Source: Gemmatimonas sp. (GTDB taxonomy: Bacteria > Gemmatimonadota > Gemmatimonadetes > Gemmatimonadales > Gemmatimonadaceae). From it: a stretch of DNA of 64,000 nucleotides. How positions within the stretch are numbered: position 1 is the stretch's first letter; each line of letters begins with the position of its first letter. Below, in pieces: positions 16,578 through 26,908 of the stretch. The notes below the pieces were generated by a model. It worked only from the letters and a program-made list of their open reading frames with translations, was not told where the DNA came from and did no database searches. The stretch lies in assembly GCA_031414535.1 (NCBI GenBank), contig JANNVQ010000017.1, forward strand, positions 25,450-89,449. Reading direction: 5' to 3'. The position numbers and the translations under genes are program-made.

Positions 16578-17951
16578 ATGCGCCCCGACGTCCTCGAATC
16601 CCTCGTCAGCCTAGCCAAGCGCCGCGGCTTCGTCTTCCAGTCCTCCGAGATCTACGGTGGTACCGGATCGGTGTGGGATTACGGGCCACTGGGCGTAGAG
16701 CTCAAGAATAACGTCAAAGCGCGGTGGTGGAATGCGATGGTCCGCGAGCGCGATGACGTGGAGGGTCTCGACGCCGCCATCTTGATGCATCCGCGCGTGT
16801 GGGAAGCCTCGGGCCACGTATCCGGCTTCTCCGACCCGCTCATCGATTGCAAGGCCTGCAAGGCCCGGTTCCGCGCCGACAAAATTGCCGACGCGCAATG
16901 CGCGCGGAAGCCGAGCAAGAAGCCGGGCGAGCACACGGATTGTCAGCTCACCGAGCCGCGCCAGTTCAACTTGATGTTCAAGACCTTTATGGGCCCCGTC
17001 GAGGAATCGGCGTCGGTGGTGTATCTGCGTCCCGAGACGGCGCAGGGCATTTTCGTGAACTTCTTGAATGTGCAGCAGGCCACGCGTCAGAAGGTGCCGT
17101 TTGGCATCGCGCAGATTGGCAAGGCGTTCCGCAACGAGATCACGCCCGGAAACTTTACGTTTCGCACGCGTGAGTTCGAGCAGATGGAGATGCAGTTCTT
17201 CGTGGAGCCAGGCACGGACATGGAGCACTTCGAGCGCTGGAAGCAGGCGCGCCTCGATTGGCACCTATCGCTCGGCCTCGATCGCGACCGCTTGGAGTTC
17301 CATCAGCACTCGGAAAAGGAACTCGCGCACTACGCGCGCGCGGCCTTCGACATCAACTTCGATTTTGGTGGCACGCTCGGCTTCCAGGAAATCGAAGGCG
17401 TGCACAACCGCAGCGACTTCGATCTCAAGCAGCACCAGGAGTTCAGCACCAAGAAACTCGAGTACGTGGATCAGGCGGCGAATAAGCGCTACTTGCCGTA
17501 TGTGATTGAGACTTCGGTCGGTGCCGACCGCGTCACACTGGCCATCATGGTGAATGCGCTGCGTGAGGAGGCCGTCCCGGGTGAGACGGAAGGCCGTACG
17601 GTGATGGGATTTCATCCGGTACTGGCACCCATCAAGGCGGGCGTGTTCCCGCTCACCAAGAAGGACGGACAGCCGGAGATGGCCGAGAAGCTCGGCGCGG
17701 CGCTGCGCAAGAAGTTCAACGTGTTCTACGACGAGGCCGGCGCCATTGGCCGTCGGTATCGTCGGCAGGACGAAGCGGGCACACCCTTCGGCATCACGAT
17801 TGACAGCGACTCCACCGCCAACAACGACGTGACGATTCGCTTCCGCGACAACATGGGGCAGATTCGCGTGTCGACGGATCAGGTGATTGACGTGCTGACC
17901 AAGTATCTCGAGGCCGATCATCAGACGGCTGATTCCTCACTGGTGGGCTGA
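16578..17951 (+). CDS. glyQS: Glycine--tRNA ligase, homodimeric (alpha2) type
   Basis: [65 protein letters not shown]. Confidence 0.97.
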   Translation: MRPDVLESLVSLAKRRGFVFQSSEIYGGTGSVWDYGPLGVELKNNVKARWWNAMVRERDDVEGLDAAILMHPRVWEASGHVSGFSDPLIDCKACKARFRADKIADAQCARKPSKKPGEHTDCQLTEPRQFNLMFKTFMGPVEESASVVYLRPETAQGIFVNFLNVQQATRQKVPFGIAQIGKAFRNEITPGNFTFRTREFEQMEMQFFVEPGTDMEHFERWKQARLDWHLSLGLDRDRLEFHQHSEKELAHYARAAFDINFDFGGTLGFQEIEGVHNRSDFDLKQHQEFSTKKLEYVDQAANKRYLPYVIETSVGADRVTLAIMVNALREEAVPGETEGRTVMGFHPVLAPIKAGVFPLTKKDGQPEMAEKLGAALRKKFNVFYDEAGAIGRRYRRQDEAGTPFGITIDSDSTANNDVTIRFRDNMGQIRVSTDQVIDVLTKYLEADHQTADSSLVG

Positions 17952-17955
17952 GAGA

Positions 17956-19536
17956 GTGGCGACGACACGCACGACCGAGGCGGCTGCGGCGGGCGATTCG
18001 ATTGCGCAGTTACGCATCCGTGGCGAGGCATTTCTCGAGGCCATCTCCAAGGAGTACCACGCCGCTTACGCGGGCCTCAAGCCGCAGCCGGCCATTCAAC
18101 CCATCTACGCTGCGCACGCGGCGGCGTACGGCGATGAGGCTTTTTCCCAAGCGCTGGAGCTCTTTCAGAAGTCTGCGGGAGCAACGAGCGCGTCGGCATT
18201 CGGCGAGTCCAGCGCCGCCGCTACTCTGCGGTCCTCGCGCTTGCTCCTCGATTGGCTGCTTGAGTCGCGGGTTGGACGCGAACTGGCCTCACTCGATGAG
18301 CGTGAGATTGCGTGGGAAAATTCCGCGCTCATCTCGCTCCCGGATGGCAACAAAGAGCCCTACCAGCGCGTGCCCATTACACTCGGCAACACGCGGGACG
18401 CGAAGCAGCGACACGCGATAGACGATGCACGCGCCGCGTTGGTGCTGGCGGAGCTTGCACCGATGCGCCAGGAGAAGCTGGAGCGCGAGCACGAGGTGGT
18501 GCAGGGCTTGGGCATCGCCCCCACATACACCGCCACGTGGGAAGCCTTGAGCGGCATCTCGCTCGCAGACCTGCGAGTGGAGTGCGAGCAGTTCCTGCGG
18601 GACACGCAAGACATGTGGAATGAACTCTTCCCGGAGTTCTTAAAGCGTGGGCTCGGCATCACCCCGGCCGAGGCGACCCGCGCCGATGTGGCGGCCTTGA
18701 TGCGGGCCCCAGAGTTTGACGAGTACTTCACCGCTGAGGCGATGGAGCGCGAAGTGCGCCGCCAGGTGACGGAGATGGGTATTTCGCCGGATGCGGAAGG
18801 CCGCGTGCGCTACGACACCGGAGAGCGTGAAGGCAAGCGACCGCGCGCCTTCTGTGCGCCAGTGCGCATTCCTGATGTAGTGCATCTCGTGCTGCGCCCG
18901 CACGGCGGCCAGAACGACTGGATGACCTTACTGCATGAGCTTGGCCACGCGCTACACTTCGCCAATATGCGCAGCAGCTTACCGTTTGAGTTGCGGTGGC
19001 TGGGCGACAACTCGGTGACCGAAGGCTATGCGATGCTCTTCGATCATCGCCTGAAGGATCGTGGGTGGCTCGCGCGCTACTCCGGGCTCGACAAGAAGTC
19101 GTTGCCGTCCTTCCTGCGCTATATGGGCTTCGAAGAGTTGCACTTCGTGCGCCGCTACTGCGCCAAGCTCATCTACGAAACCGAACTTCACGCGGGCTCC
19201 GTGTCTTGGCAGTCGCTGCCGGACTTGTACGTCGAGACCCTCACGGCAGCTACGGGCTTCCGCTATCAGCGCAGCGATGCCTTCGTGGACGTGGATGCGC
19301 GCTATTACGCCGCGCGCTATCTGCGGGCGTGGCAGCTGCAGGCCGTGCTCGATGAATCTTTGCGTGACCGCTTCAACGAAGACTGGTGGCGCAATCCCAA
19401 CGCCGGGCCGTGGATGGTGGAAGAGCTCTTCGCTCACGGGCAGACGGAGCTGGCGCACGAGCAAGCCAAGCGCGTGGCAGGCAAGGGATTGTCATTTGCG
19501 CCGGTCATTGCCGGCATTGAACGCATGCTGGGCTGA
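17956..19536 (+). CDS. M3-like zinc metallopeptidase (gluzincin)
   Basis: REGKRPRAFC, HELGH zinc motif and downstream TEGYAMLF glutamate. Confidence 0.8.
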   Translation: MATTRTTEAAAAGDSIAQLRIRGEAFLEAISKEYHAAYAGLKPQPAIQPIYAAHAAAYGDEAFSQALELFQKSAGATSASAFGESSAAATLRSSRLLLDWLLESRVGRELASLDEREIAWENSALISLPDGNKEPYQRVPITLGNTRDAKQRHAIDDARAALVLAELAPMRQEKLEREHEVVQGLGIAPTYTATWEALSGISLADLRVECEQFLRDTQDMWNELFPEFLKRGLGITPAEATRADVAALMRAPEFDEYFTAEAMEREVRRQVTEMGISPDAEGRVRYDTGEREGKRPRAFCAPVRIPDVVHLVLRPHGGQNDWMTLLHELGHALHFANMRSSLPFELRWLGDNSVTEGYAMLFDHRLKDRGWLARYSGLDKKSLPSFLRYMGFEELHFVRRYCAKLIYETELHAGSVSWQSLPDLYVETLTAATGFRYQRSDAFVDVDARYYAARYLRAWQLQAVLDESLRDRFNEDWWRNPNAGPWMVEELFAHGQTELAHEQAKRVAGKGLSFAPVIAGIERMLG

Positions 19537-19539
19537 ACG

Positions 19540-20385
19540 ATGAGCAGCGTCTACTTGAACGGCCGCTTCGTACCGAAGGGCGAAGCAATGATCTCGGTGG
19601 AAGACCGCGGCTTCATCTTCGGCGATGGCATCTACGAAGTGGTGCGCGCCATCGAGGGTCAGCTCTTTGCTTGGGACGCGCACGCAGTGCGCATGGCCAA
19701 CGGCCTCGCCGGGCTGCGTATTGATGCCGCTGGCACCGAAGGCTTGAAGGGCGTCTGCGAGCAATTGCTGCGCGACAACTCGCTCACGACGGGCGAAGCG
19801 ACCGTGTATTTGCAGATCAGTCGCGGCACCGCGCCACGGACGCATCACTTTCCGCCCGCTGGTACGGCGACGACCATCTACGCCGCAGCCTCGCGCTTCA
19901 CGCCCAACATGGTGATGCGTACCAAGGGGGCGAAGGGCATCACGCATCCGGACCAGCGCTGGGCCCGCTGCGACTTGAAGACTGTGAACCTCCTTGGCCC
20001 CGTGATGGCGCGCCAAGCCGCGGTTGAGGCCGGTGCCTACGAAGCCATCATGCATCGCGACGGCATGATTACCGAAGGCGCGGCCACCAATTGCTTCATC
20101 GTGCTCGATGGCGTGCTCCGCACCTATCCGCTCTCCAACTACATCCTGCCGGGCATCACGCGGGCGGTGTTGATGGAGATGATCCGCGCCGAGGGTATGC
20201 GCTGCGAGGAGCGCCCGGTGCCGCTGGTTGAGCTGCACCGCGCGGAGGAGATCTTTGTGTGCGGCACGACGACGGACGTGCAGGCTATCGTCACGCTCGA
20301 CGAGCGCCCTGTGGGCACGGGAAGCGTTGGCCCGATTACCGCAACGCTCCGTGATCTGCTGGCGCGCCGCCTCTACGGTCACTGA
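19540..20385 (+). CDS. dat: D-amino-acid aminotransferase (PLP class IV)
   Basis: EDRGFIFGDGIYEV, YLQISRG, RxH, CDLKTVNLL, ITEG..N, ILPGITR. Confidence 0.85.
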   Translation: MSSVYLNGRFVPKGEAMISVEDRGFIFGDGIYEVVRAIEGQLFAWDAHAVRMANGLAGLRIDAAGTEGLKGVCEQLLRDNSLTTGEATVYLQISRGTAPRTHHFPPAGTATTIYAAASRFTPNMVMRTKGAKGITHPDQRWARCDLKTVNLLGPVMARQAAVEAGAYEAIMHRDGMITEGAATNCFIVLDGVLRTYPLSNYILPGITRAVLMEMIRAEGMRCEERPVPLVELHRAEEIFVCGTTTDVQAIVTLDERPVGTGSVGPITATLRDLLARRLYGH

Positions 20386-20399
20386 GAGCCAGGCCGCGC

Positions 20400-21041
20400 G
20401 TGCCCCGTCGCAGGCGCTGGCAACTGCCCGATCCACCCGTGGCCGCGGTGGCTACTGACCCGGCGCCGAAGGTGGTGGCTGAGATTGTCCACGCATTGGT
20501 TCGCGCCGATAGCTCTGCCGAGGCTTACCAGTTTGCACTGGACCGCGCCTGCCCAGTCGTTGGGGCCTCACTGGGCGCGGTGTTCCTCCTCGATGGGGCT
20601 GCTGAGGTGATGCGTCCTGTAGCCGCCCACGCTTGGCCGGAGCGGATGCGTCCTTGGCTCGGGGAGATGCGGGTGCGGCTGGGTTTTGGCCCCGCCGGCG
20701 AGGCAGCCGCCGAGCGGCGACTCATTGAGACGCCGGATGTGTTTGGTGATCCCGGCCTCGAGGATTGGGCCGAGGTGGCACAGGAACTGGGTTTCCGGGG
20801 CATTGTATCGCTGCCCATCATGGGCGCCGAGGGATTGGCGGGGGCGGCGAGCTTTTACTTCGACACGCCAGGACCCCGTCCAGCCGCTGCCAAGGACCTG
20901 ATGCGCACCGTGGCCGACCTCCTCGCCGCAATTCATGAGATGGACCTGCTGCGCCGTCGGCTGAGGCTCGCCGAGGCCGCACTTGAGGATGAACGATCGG
21001 CGTCGCCAAAGCGTAGAGACATCGAAGCAACCGACCAGTAG
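20400..21041 (+). CDS. Stand-alone GAF-domain protein
   Basis: GAF-like pattern G.G.AG.AA..RR....DV..DP, GFRGIVSLPI, plus a C-terminal coiled helix. Start uncertain. Confidence 0.75.
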   Translation: MPRRRRWQLPDPPVAAVATDPAPKVVAEIVHALVRADSSAEAYQFALDRACPVVGASLGAVFLLDGAAEVMRPVAAHAWPERMRPWLGEMRVRLGFGPAGEAAAERRLIETPDVFGDPGLEDWAEVAQELGFRGIVSLPIMGAEGLAGAASFYFDTPGPRPAAAKDLMRTVADLLAAIHEMDLLRRRLRLAEAALEDERSASPKRRDIEATDQ

Positions 21042-21084
21042 ATTTCAGGTGTCATACCGACACCTTCTTGGAGATGCCCCGCAC

Positions 21085-21393
21085 GTGACACGCCATCAGC
21101 AGTCCGGTCGCACACTGCAGCAGCAGCGCACCGTGATGTCCGCCGCCGACGTCCTTGAGCACGCTCGCGAGTTCTTCTCGCGTCGCTCGGGCATCTACGC
21201 GGCGTTTCTCGAGAAGCAGGGTCCGAACTGGATGAGCCTCCGCGGCCAGGGCGGCGAAGAAATTGCCATCGCCGCAACCGAGGAAGCCGGCTCCACCTCC
21301 GTGAGCGCGTCGAGCTACATGTTCGATGCGCAGGTCGCGCAGTTCCTGGCGTCGTTGCCGCCCGCCGGCGAGACCGCAGGAACCGTCGCATGA
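21085..21393 (+). CDS. Small hypothetical protein
   Basis: GGAG precedes GTG 21085, codon usage looks coding, ATGA overlap with the next gene. Confidence 0.7.
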   Translation: MTRHQQSGRTLQQQRTVMSAADVLEHAREFFSRRSGIYAAFLEKQGPNWMSLRGQGGEEIAIAATEEAGSTSVSASSYMFDAQVAQFLASLPPAGETAGTVA

Positions 21394-21713
21394 ACGACGT
21401 CTTGAATGGGCTGCGCGCTCGCCCCGGGGTGTTGGCACTCGGCGCCACCGCGGAGAACGCCATCACCGTGCGTGTGCAGATGACGGAGCTCTGGGACACG
21501 CTCGCCGTGCGTTGCGCGCCCGACACCTCGGTGCGTGCGCTTAAGCAAGCGGCGCTCGACACCTTCATGCCAATCCATCAGCCCACGGCGGACTTCGTGA
21601 TGAAGCTGCGCGGCTTTGAAGTGTTGGATGAAGCCGCCCCGCTCACCGTGGCCGGTGCGCGCGATGGCAGCACCTTCCTGCTCTCCTACCGCTTTCGCCG
21701 GCCCGTCCGCTGA
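21390..21713 (+). CDS. Ubiquitin-like (beta-grasp, YukD/EsaB-like) protein
   Basis: ITVRVQ..TLAVRCAPDTSVRALKQAAL..FVMKLRGFEVLDEAAPLTVAGARDGSTFLL aligns by eye with the ubiquitin pattern. Ends RRPVR with no GG. Confidence 0.65.
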   Translation: MNDVLNGLRARPGVLALGATAENAITVRVQMTELWDTLAVRCAPDTSVRALKQAALDTFMPIHQPTADFVMKLRGFEVLDEAAPLTVAGARDGSTFLLSYRFRRPVR

Positions 21714-22729
21714 GCGCTGCTGCCGCCACTCCGCGCCCTGATCGCGACGCTCTGCTCTCGGCGGCGCGGTCGTTGCGCGCTGAAGTGGGGAAGCGCATCG
21801 TGGGGCAGGAAGCCGTACTCGATGAAATCTTGATGGCGCTGGTGGCCGGTGGCCACGCCCTGCTCGTGGGCGTGCCTGGCCTCGCGAAGACTTTGATGAT
21901 TCGCTCGGTTGCCGAGGCGATGGCCTTGGACTTCCGGCGCATCCAGTTCACGCCGGACCTCGTGCCGAGCGATATCACCGGCACGGAGTTGCTTGAGGAA
22001 GACACGCAGACGGGGCACCGCGCGTTCCGCTTCGTGCGTGGACCGGTGTTCGCCAACATAGTGCTCGCGGACGAAATCAATCGTGCGCCGCCACGCACGC
22101 AGGCCGCGCTGCTCGAGGCCATGCAGGAACATCGCGTCACGGCCGCCGGTGAGACGATGTCGCTGCCCGAGCCCTTCTTCGTGCTCGCCACGCAAAATCC
22201 CATCGAGCAGGAAGGCACGTACCCGCTGCCGGAGGCCCAGCTCGACCGCTTTCTCTTCGACATTCGCATTGGGTATCCCGATGCCGAGGATGAAGTGGCC
22301 ATTCTGCGCGCCACCACCGGAGTGAGCAACGAAGCGCTCAAGCCCATGCTCACGGCGCATCAGGTGCGCGAGTTGCAGCAGATGACGCGCGAGATTGCTG
22401 CGGCCGATGCGGCTTTGCGCTACGCGGCGGCACTCGCGCGCGCGACGCGGCCCAAGGGCGGGGAAGCCACGCCGCTCGTTGAACAGTACGTGCGTTGGGG
22501 CGCCGGTCCACGCGCCGGTCAGGCCTTGGTGCTCGGCGCAAAGGCCGCGGCATTGCTCGCGGGGCGGCATAACGTCTCACCAGAGGACATTCGTCGCGTC
22601 GCCCGTCCGGTGTTGCGGCATCGCGTGCTGCCCAACTTCGCCGCCGAAGCCGAGGGCGTGAGTGCCGAACGCATCGTGGACGATTTGATTGAGCGCGTGG
22701 CTGAGCCGCGCGGCCTCACCGGGATCTAG
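21710..22729 (+). CDS. moxR: MoxR-family AAA+ ATPase
   Basis: IVGQ, GVPGLAKT, RIQFTPDLVPSDITG, LADEINRAPPRTQAALLEAMQE, ATQNPIEQEGTYPLPEAQLDRF. Start may be CTG 21710 (CTGA overlap) rather than TTG 21773. Confidence 0.95.
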   Translation: MSAAAATPRPDRDALLSAARSLRAEVGKRIVGQEAVLDEILMALVAGGHALLVGVPGLAKTLMIRSVAEAMALDFRRIQFTPDLVPSDITGTELLEEDTQTGHRAFRFVRGPVFANIVLADEINRAPPRTQAALLEAMQEHRVTAAGETMSLPEPFFVLATQNPIEQEGTYPLPEAQLDRFLFDIRIGYPDAEDEVAILRATTGVSNEALKPMLTAHQVRELQQMTREIAAADAALRYAAALARATRPKGGEATPLVEQYVRWGAGPRAGQALVLGAKAAALLAGRHNVSPEDIRRVARPVLRHRVLPNFAAEAEGVSAERIVDDLIERVAEPRGLTGI

Positions 22730-22731
22730 CG

Positions 22732-23583
22732 ATGCCGGTCGGCCCGTACGGCGCGCTGCTCGACGCCGTGCGCGGCGTTCGTTGGCCTGCGCGCCGTCCC
22801 GTGCCGCAGGGGGCGCCGGGTGCGCATCAAGCGCGTTCGCGTGGCGCGGCGCCGGAGTTCGCGGAGTATCGCCCGTATCGCCAAGGCGATGATCCCAAGC
22901 GCCTTGATTGGAAACTGCTCGCGCGCTCTGATCGTGCGTTCATTCGCTTGGCACCTGACCACTCGGTGCTCGGCACCACGTTTCTCGTGGACGCCTCTGC
23001 CTCAATGGATTTTGCGGCTAAGTGGACGCTCGCCAAGCGTCTCGTGATTGGACTCGCCGCGGCGGCGCACGCCGGGTCTGATCCTGTGGGACTGACGCTT
23101 GTGTCCGGTGAGGCGACGCGCCGGCTTGAGCCACGTACGAGGCAAGGAGTGGTCGGTGACATTGCCCGCTTGCTCGGCACGGCCAAGCCGAACGGCGCTG
23201 CGGCGCTGGCGGACGCGGTGGCGACCGCGGCACCGCGCTGCGCCGTCCTCACCGACTGCCTCGGCGACGTGGACGCACTGCGCACGTCGCTCGCGCGACA
23301 TTTGGTGAAGGGCGGCGAGGCGTATCTCGTACACGTGGTTGCGGCAGCGGAACTGAATCCCGGTGATGCGCCCATGCTCGCCACCGATCCCGAGGATGCG
23401 CGCCTGCAGCGTCCGCTCTTTGCAGCCACGCACGAGGGCTACCGCGCGCGATTCGATGAGTTTCGCGCTGCGGTTGCCCGTGGGATGCGAAGCGAGGGAG
23501 TGCACGTGTTTGAAGTGCGCGATGACGAAGCGGCCGAAACCCTCGTGCGACGGATTGCGCGACCCGCGGAGAGCATTCGCTGA
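22732..23583 (+). CDS. DUF58 (vWA-like) MoxR partner
   Basis: EFAEYRPYRQGDDPKRLDWK and VDASASM (MIDAS-like). Confidence 0.92.
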   Translation: MPVGPYGALLDAVRGVRWPARRPVPQGAPGAHQARSRGAAPEFAEYRPYRQGDDPKRLDWKLLARSDRAFIRLAPDHSVLGTTFLVDASASMDFAAKWTLAKRLVIGLAAAAHAGSDPVGLTLVSGEATRRLEPRTRQGVVGDIARLLGTAKPNGAAALADAVATAAPRCAVLTDCLGDVDALRTSLARHLVKGGEAYLVHVVAAAELNPGDAPMLATDPEDARLQRPLFAATHEGYRARFDEFRAAVARGMRSEGVHVFEVRDDEAAETLVRRIARPAESIR

Positions 23584-24836
23584 TGAGCTTCCTCGTTCCG
23601 TGGATGTTCGCGGCTGGCATCGTGGCCGCGCTCGGTGTGGTCGCGCTGCATCTGCTCTCCACACGTCGTCCTCCCGTGAGCATGCTCCCCACGGCGCGCT
23701 TCGTGCCAGAGTCCGATGTGCGGGCGGTGGCCCGTACATCCAAGCCCACGGATTTGCTCCTGCTCGCGCTGCGGGCGCTGGCCGTGCTGCTCATTGGACT
23801 AGGGTTCGCTCAACCGCTGCCAGATTCACCAGGTCCCAGCGTACGCACGGTGTTGGCATTGGAGTGGACCACGGCACTCACAGATGCTGAAGCGGCACGC
23901 AGCGCGGCGCGCGCTCGATTGGAGGCGGGTGATGCGTTGGTGATCTTTGATACCGCGGCGCGAGTTGTGGATGCGTCTGAGTTGAACGCCTTGGCAACTC
24001 CAAGCGTGCGCCGTGCCGCACTCTCACCGATGTACATCGCGGCACGCGATGCCGCTCGTAGCATCGCAAGAGGCGCGGATTCCTTGCGCTTGGTGGTCGT
24101 GAGTGCACACACGGCGGACGCGCGTGACGCGGCCACTCCCGCGTTGGCGGCCAGTTGGCCAGGTCGAATTGAACGTATCGTGTTGCCTGCCATCGCTGAC
24201 ACGGCTGATTCGCCAGCGGTGCAGGTGTTGCCTGCTGATGCCGACGATGCGCTCGCGCCCGCGCTCCGTGCGCTACCACGAGCGCGAGGCACTCATCTCG
24301 TACGGGTTCAGCGGCGAGACATCACCGCGGTGGATTCGGCATGGCTCAGGGCGAATGCCGGGTCCGTGCTCGTCCACTGGCCGCGTCGCTTCACGGATAG
24401 TGTCCGTGCCGACGGCGTAGCCACGGACGATGGCAATACGCTCGTCGCGCCTCTCGCGCGTTTGCCTGTGTCCGAAGGCGCTGTGATTGCTCGCTGGCGC
24501 GACGGCGCAGCGGCGGTATCTGAGCGCCCTGTTGCCAGCGCCTGCCTACGCAGCGTAGGCATCGGCTTGCCAGAGTCAGGTGATCTCACGCTGCGCTCGC
24601 CCTTTGGCCACTTCCTTGGAAGTCTCGTCTCCCCCTGTGGTGGGCGCCGCGATCGAGCGTTGGCGGATTCGCTCTTGGCGTCATCGCGCGACACGCTGCC
24701 GCTCGCCTTGGCGTCGGTGCTCGCCGGGGAAGGGAATGAGCGCTCGCCGCTCACACCCTGGCTGCTTGCTTCGGCGTTGCTCCTGCTCATCGCTGAGCAG
24801 ATTCTGCGTCGGCGTCTGCCGAAGGCAGGCTCGTGA
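23583..24836 (+). CDS. BatA N-terminal domain membrane protein
   Basis: MSFL.PW..ALHLL..PTARF..LLLALRALAVLL..FAQP (BatA). C-terminal TM ..LLLLIAEQILRRR. Confidence 0.82.
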   Translation: MSFLVPWMFAAGIVAALGVVALHLLSTRRPPVSMLPTARFVPESDVRAVARTSKPTDLLLLALRALAVLLIGLGFAQPLPDSPGPSVRTVLALEWTTALTDAEAARSAARARLEAGDALVIFDTAARVVDASELNALATPSVRRAALSPMYIAARDAARSIARGADSLRLVVVSAHTADARDAATPALAASWPGRIERIVLPAIADTADSPAVQVLPADADDALAPALRALPRARGTHLVRVQRRDITAVDSAWLRANAGSVLVHWPRRFTDSVRADGVATDDGNTLVAPLARLPVSEGAVIARWRDGAAAVSERPVASACLRSVGIGLPESGDLTLRSPFGHFLGSLVSPCGGRRDRALADSLLASSRDTLPLALASVLAGEGNERSPLTPWLLASALLLLIAEQILRRRLPKAGS

Positions 24837-26908
24837 GCGCTCTCGAGCGACTACGTCGCGCCCGCCAGCGGCTCCTCATAGTGCTCGCGGCGCGCGCACT
24901 GCTGACAGCTGCTCTCGCAATCATCGCGACCATCCTGTTTGCCCTCGCCGGGGACGGATTGCTCGGCTGGAGCGCCGACACGCGCCGCGTCGTCGCAATC
25001 CTCCCCTGGCTCGTGGGCGCACTCGTGCTCGCCGTGCTGGGCGCGCGTGCCTACGCCTCCTCGCACGCCGCGACGCACGAGTCCGTCGCGTTATGGTTTG
25101 AGAAGCGTATCCCATCGCTGCGGTATGCCCTAGTCACGCGACTCACCGTCGAACCAGACGCGTTCACTGAGGCGGCGTTGGATCGCGTGATCGCCGAGGC
25201 GCCGCTCGAGCGCGAAGTGGCTGTCGCGACGCGTGCATCACTCCTGAAGCCGGCGCTGGGCTTGCTTGGTGCAGTGGCACTACTGGCCTCGCTACCCGAC
25301 GGGGCAGTTGGGCGAGTGACCACGCCTCGCGATGGGGATGCGCTTGAGCGTCCCGGTGCGGCGGCCGCGGCGGCGAGCAATCCGCTGGCCACTATCGTCG
25401 TGCGCGTGCAGCCACCAGCGTACGCGGGATTGAGTAGTGAGATCTATGATGACCCGGCCACCGTGCAGGCGCTCGCTGGTAGCCGTGTCGTGGTTGAGGG
25501 GCTTGGGCGCGGCGTGAGTCTGCAGCGCGAATCCGATGCGCAAATCGCGGAGTACAGCGGCGAGCGCTGGCGGCTTGCCATACAGGTGCCACCTCGCGCC
25601 GAGGCCATGCGGCTCCGGGCCGCAGGACGCGAGCGTGTGCTTGTCATTGAGCCCATCACGGATTCGGTTCCGCGCGTGCGTCTCAGCCTTCCAGCGCGTG
25701 ATACCGTCATGCGTGTGGCGAGCGGGGAGCTCGCGCTCGCTGCGTCGCTTGAGGATGATCTCGGGCTTGCGGACGCCTCGTTCGAACTCATCATCAGCAC
25801 GGGCGACGGTGAGCTCTATGAGTTCCGCACGCTGCGCGTGGCACTCAAGCGGTTTGCCACTCCTGAGCGTGAGGCTGTGCTCGAAGGAAGGGTCAATCTT
25901 GATTCACTGAATCTCAAGCCTGGCGATCTCATTCACCTGCGAGCGGTGGCGGCAGACCGCAATGATGTGAACGGCCCCGGGCGCGGTGCGTCCGAGACGC
26001 GCACGCTGCGCGTGGCGCGCGCCGATGAGTACGACTCCGTGTCGGTTGATCCGGCGCCGCCAAGTGAACCGGAGAAGGACGCGCTCTCGCAGCGGATGAT
26101 TCTCCAGATGACACGCGAGTTGGTGGCGCGCTCGCGCCGCATTGGCGCGGCGGCCACGACCCGCGACGCGCGACGCATTGCCGTGGACCAGACCAAGCTG
26201 CGTCAGCGCGTGGGACAGATTGTGTTCCAGCGCCTCGGCGAGGATGAGGGCGAGCACCAACACTTCCCCGGCGACGGTCACGCGCACGGGCAGGAAGGCC
26301 CCCTCAACCCCGATCAGATTCTTGCTGCCGCGGAGCGCGCAGCCAATGCGGATCCCACGCGAAGCCTCGACAACCACGGTGACGAGACGCCTATCGTGGC
26401 CATCAACCGACCGCTGCTTGAGGCCTACAACCACATGTGGCGGGCGGCGACGGAGTTGGAGACGGGAGCGCCCGCTGCGGCCATCCCGTGGATGGAGCGT
26501 GCGATAGCCGCGTTGCAACGCGCGCGTGCCGCTGAGCGCATCTATTTGCGCGGGCGTCCTCCAAATGTTGTGGTGGACTTAGCACGTGTACGGCTGGCCG
26601 GAAAGAACGAGGGAGATCCTACATCTCGCAGTGCCCGGCCCAGTGTTGACCCGCTACGCGCTGAGCGACTCGCCCGCTTTGATGCGGCACTGACAGTGGT
26701 GACGAGCGATGCCGCGGCGGCGGCGGACTCGTTGCTGCTGCTCCGCGTGACGCTTCCGGACGAGGAGCGCGCGGCCATCCTGGCACTAGATGCGGCAGCG
26801 AACGCGCTGCGCCAGGGCGGGGATGTGACCCTCGTGCTGTCTAACGCGCGCCGTGCCCTCGTCGCGCAACCGCCACGCCGTTCGTCGCTCGCCGGATGGG
26901 GGCTCTAG
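24833..26908 (+). CDS. Membrane protein, DUF4175-like, of the MoxR operon
   Basis: N-terminal TM helices, VQPPAYAG, EDDLGL, LKPGDLIHLRAVAADRN and a helical C-terminus. GTGA overlap. Confidence 0.7.
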   Translation: MSALERLRRARQRLLIVLAARALLTAALAIIATILFALAGDGLLGWSADTRRVVAILPWLVGALVLAVLGARAYASSHAATHESVALWFEKRIPSLRYALVTRLTVEPDAFTEAALDRVIAEAPLEREVAVATRASLLKPALGLLGAVALLASLPDGAVGRVTTPRDGDALERPGAAAAAASNPLATIVVRVQPPAYAGLSSEIYDDPATVQALAGSRVVVEGLGRGVSLQRESDAQIAEYSGERWRLAIQVPPRAEAMRLRAAGRERVLVIEPITDSVPRVRLSLPARDTVMRVASGELALAASLEDDLGLADASFELIISTGDGELYEFRTLRVALKRFATPEREAVLEGRVNLDSLNLKPGDLIHLRAVAADRNDVNGPGRGASETRTLRVARADEYDSVSVDPAPPSEPEKDALSQRMILQMTRELVARSRRIGAAATTRDARRIAVDQTKLRQRVGQIVFQRLGEDEGEHQHFPGDGHAHGQEGPLNPDQILAAAERAANADPTRSLDNHGDETPIVAINRPLLEAYNHMWRAATELETGAPAAAIPWMERAIAALQRARAAERIYLRGRPPNVVVDLARVRLAGKNEGDPTSRSARPSVDPLRAERLARFDAALTVVTSDAAAAADSLLLLRVTLPDEERAAILALDAAANALRQGGDVTLVLSNARRALVAQPPRRSSLAGWGL

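Noticed and set aside
21390..21713. ThiS/MoaD sulfur carrier or conjugatable ubiquitin
   Set aside because: No C-terminal GG and no E1/ThiF/JAB neighbour.
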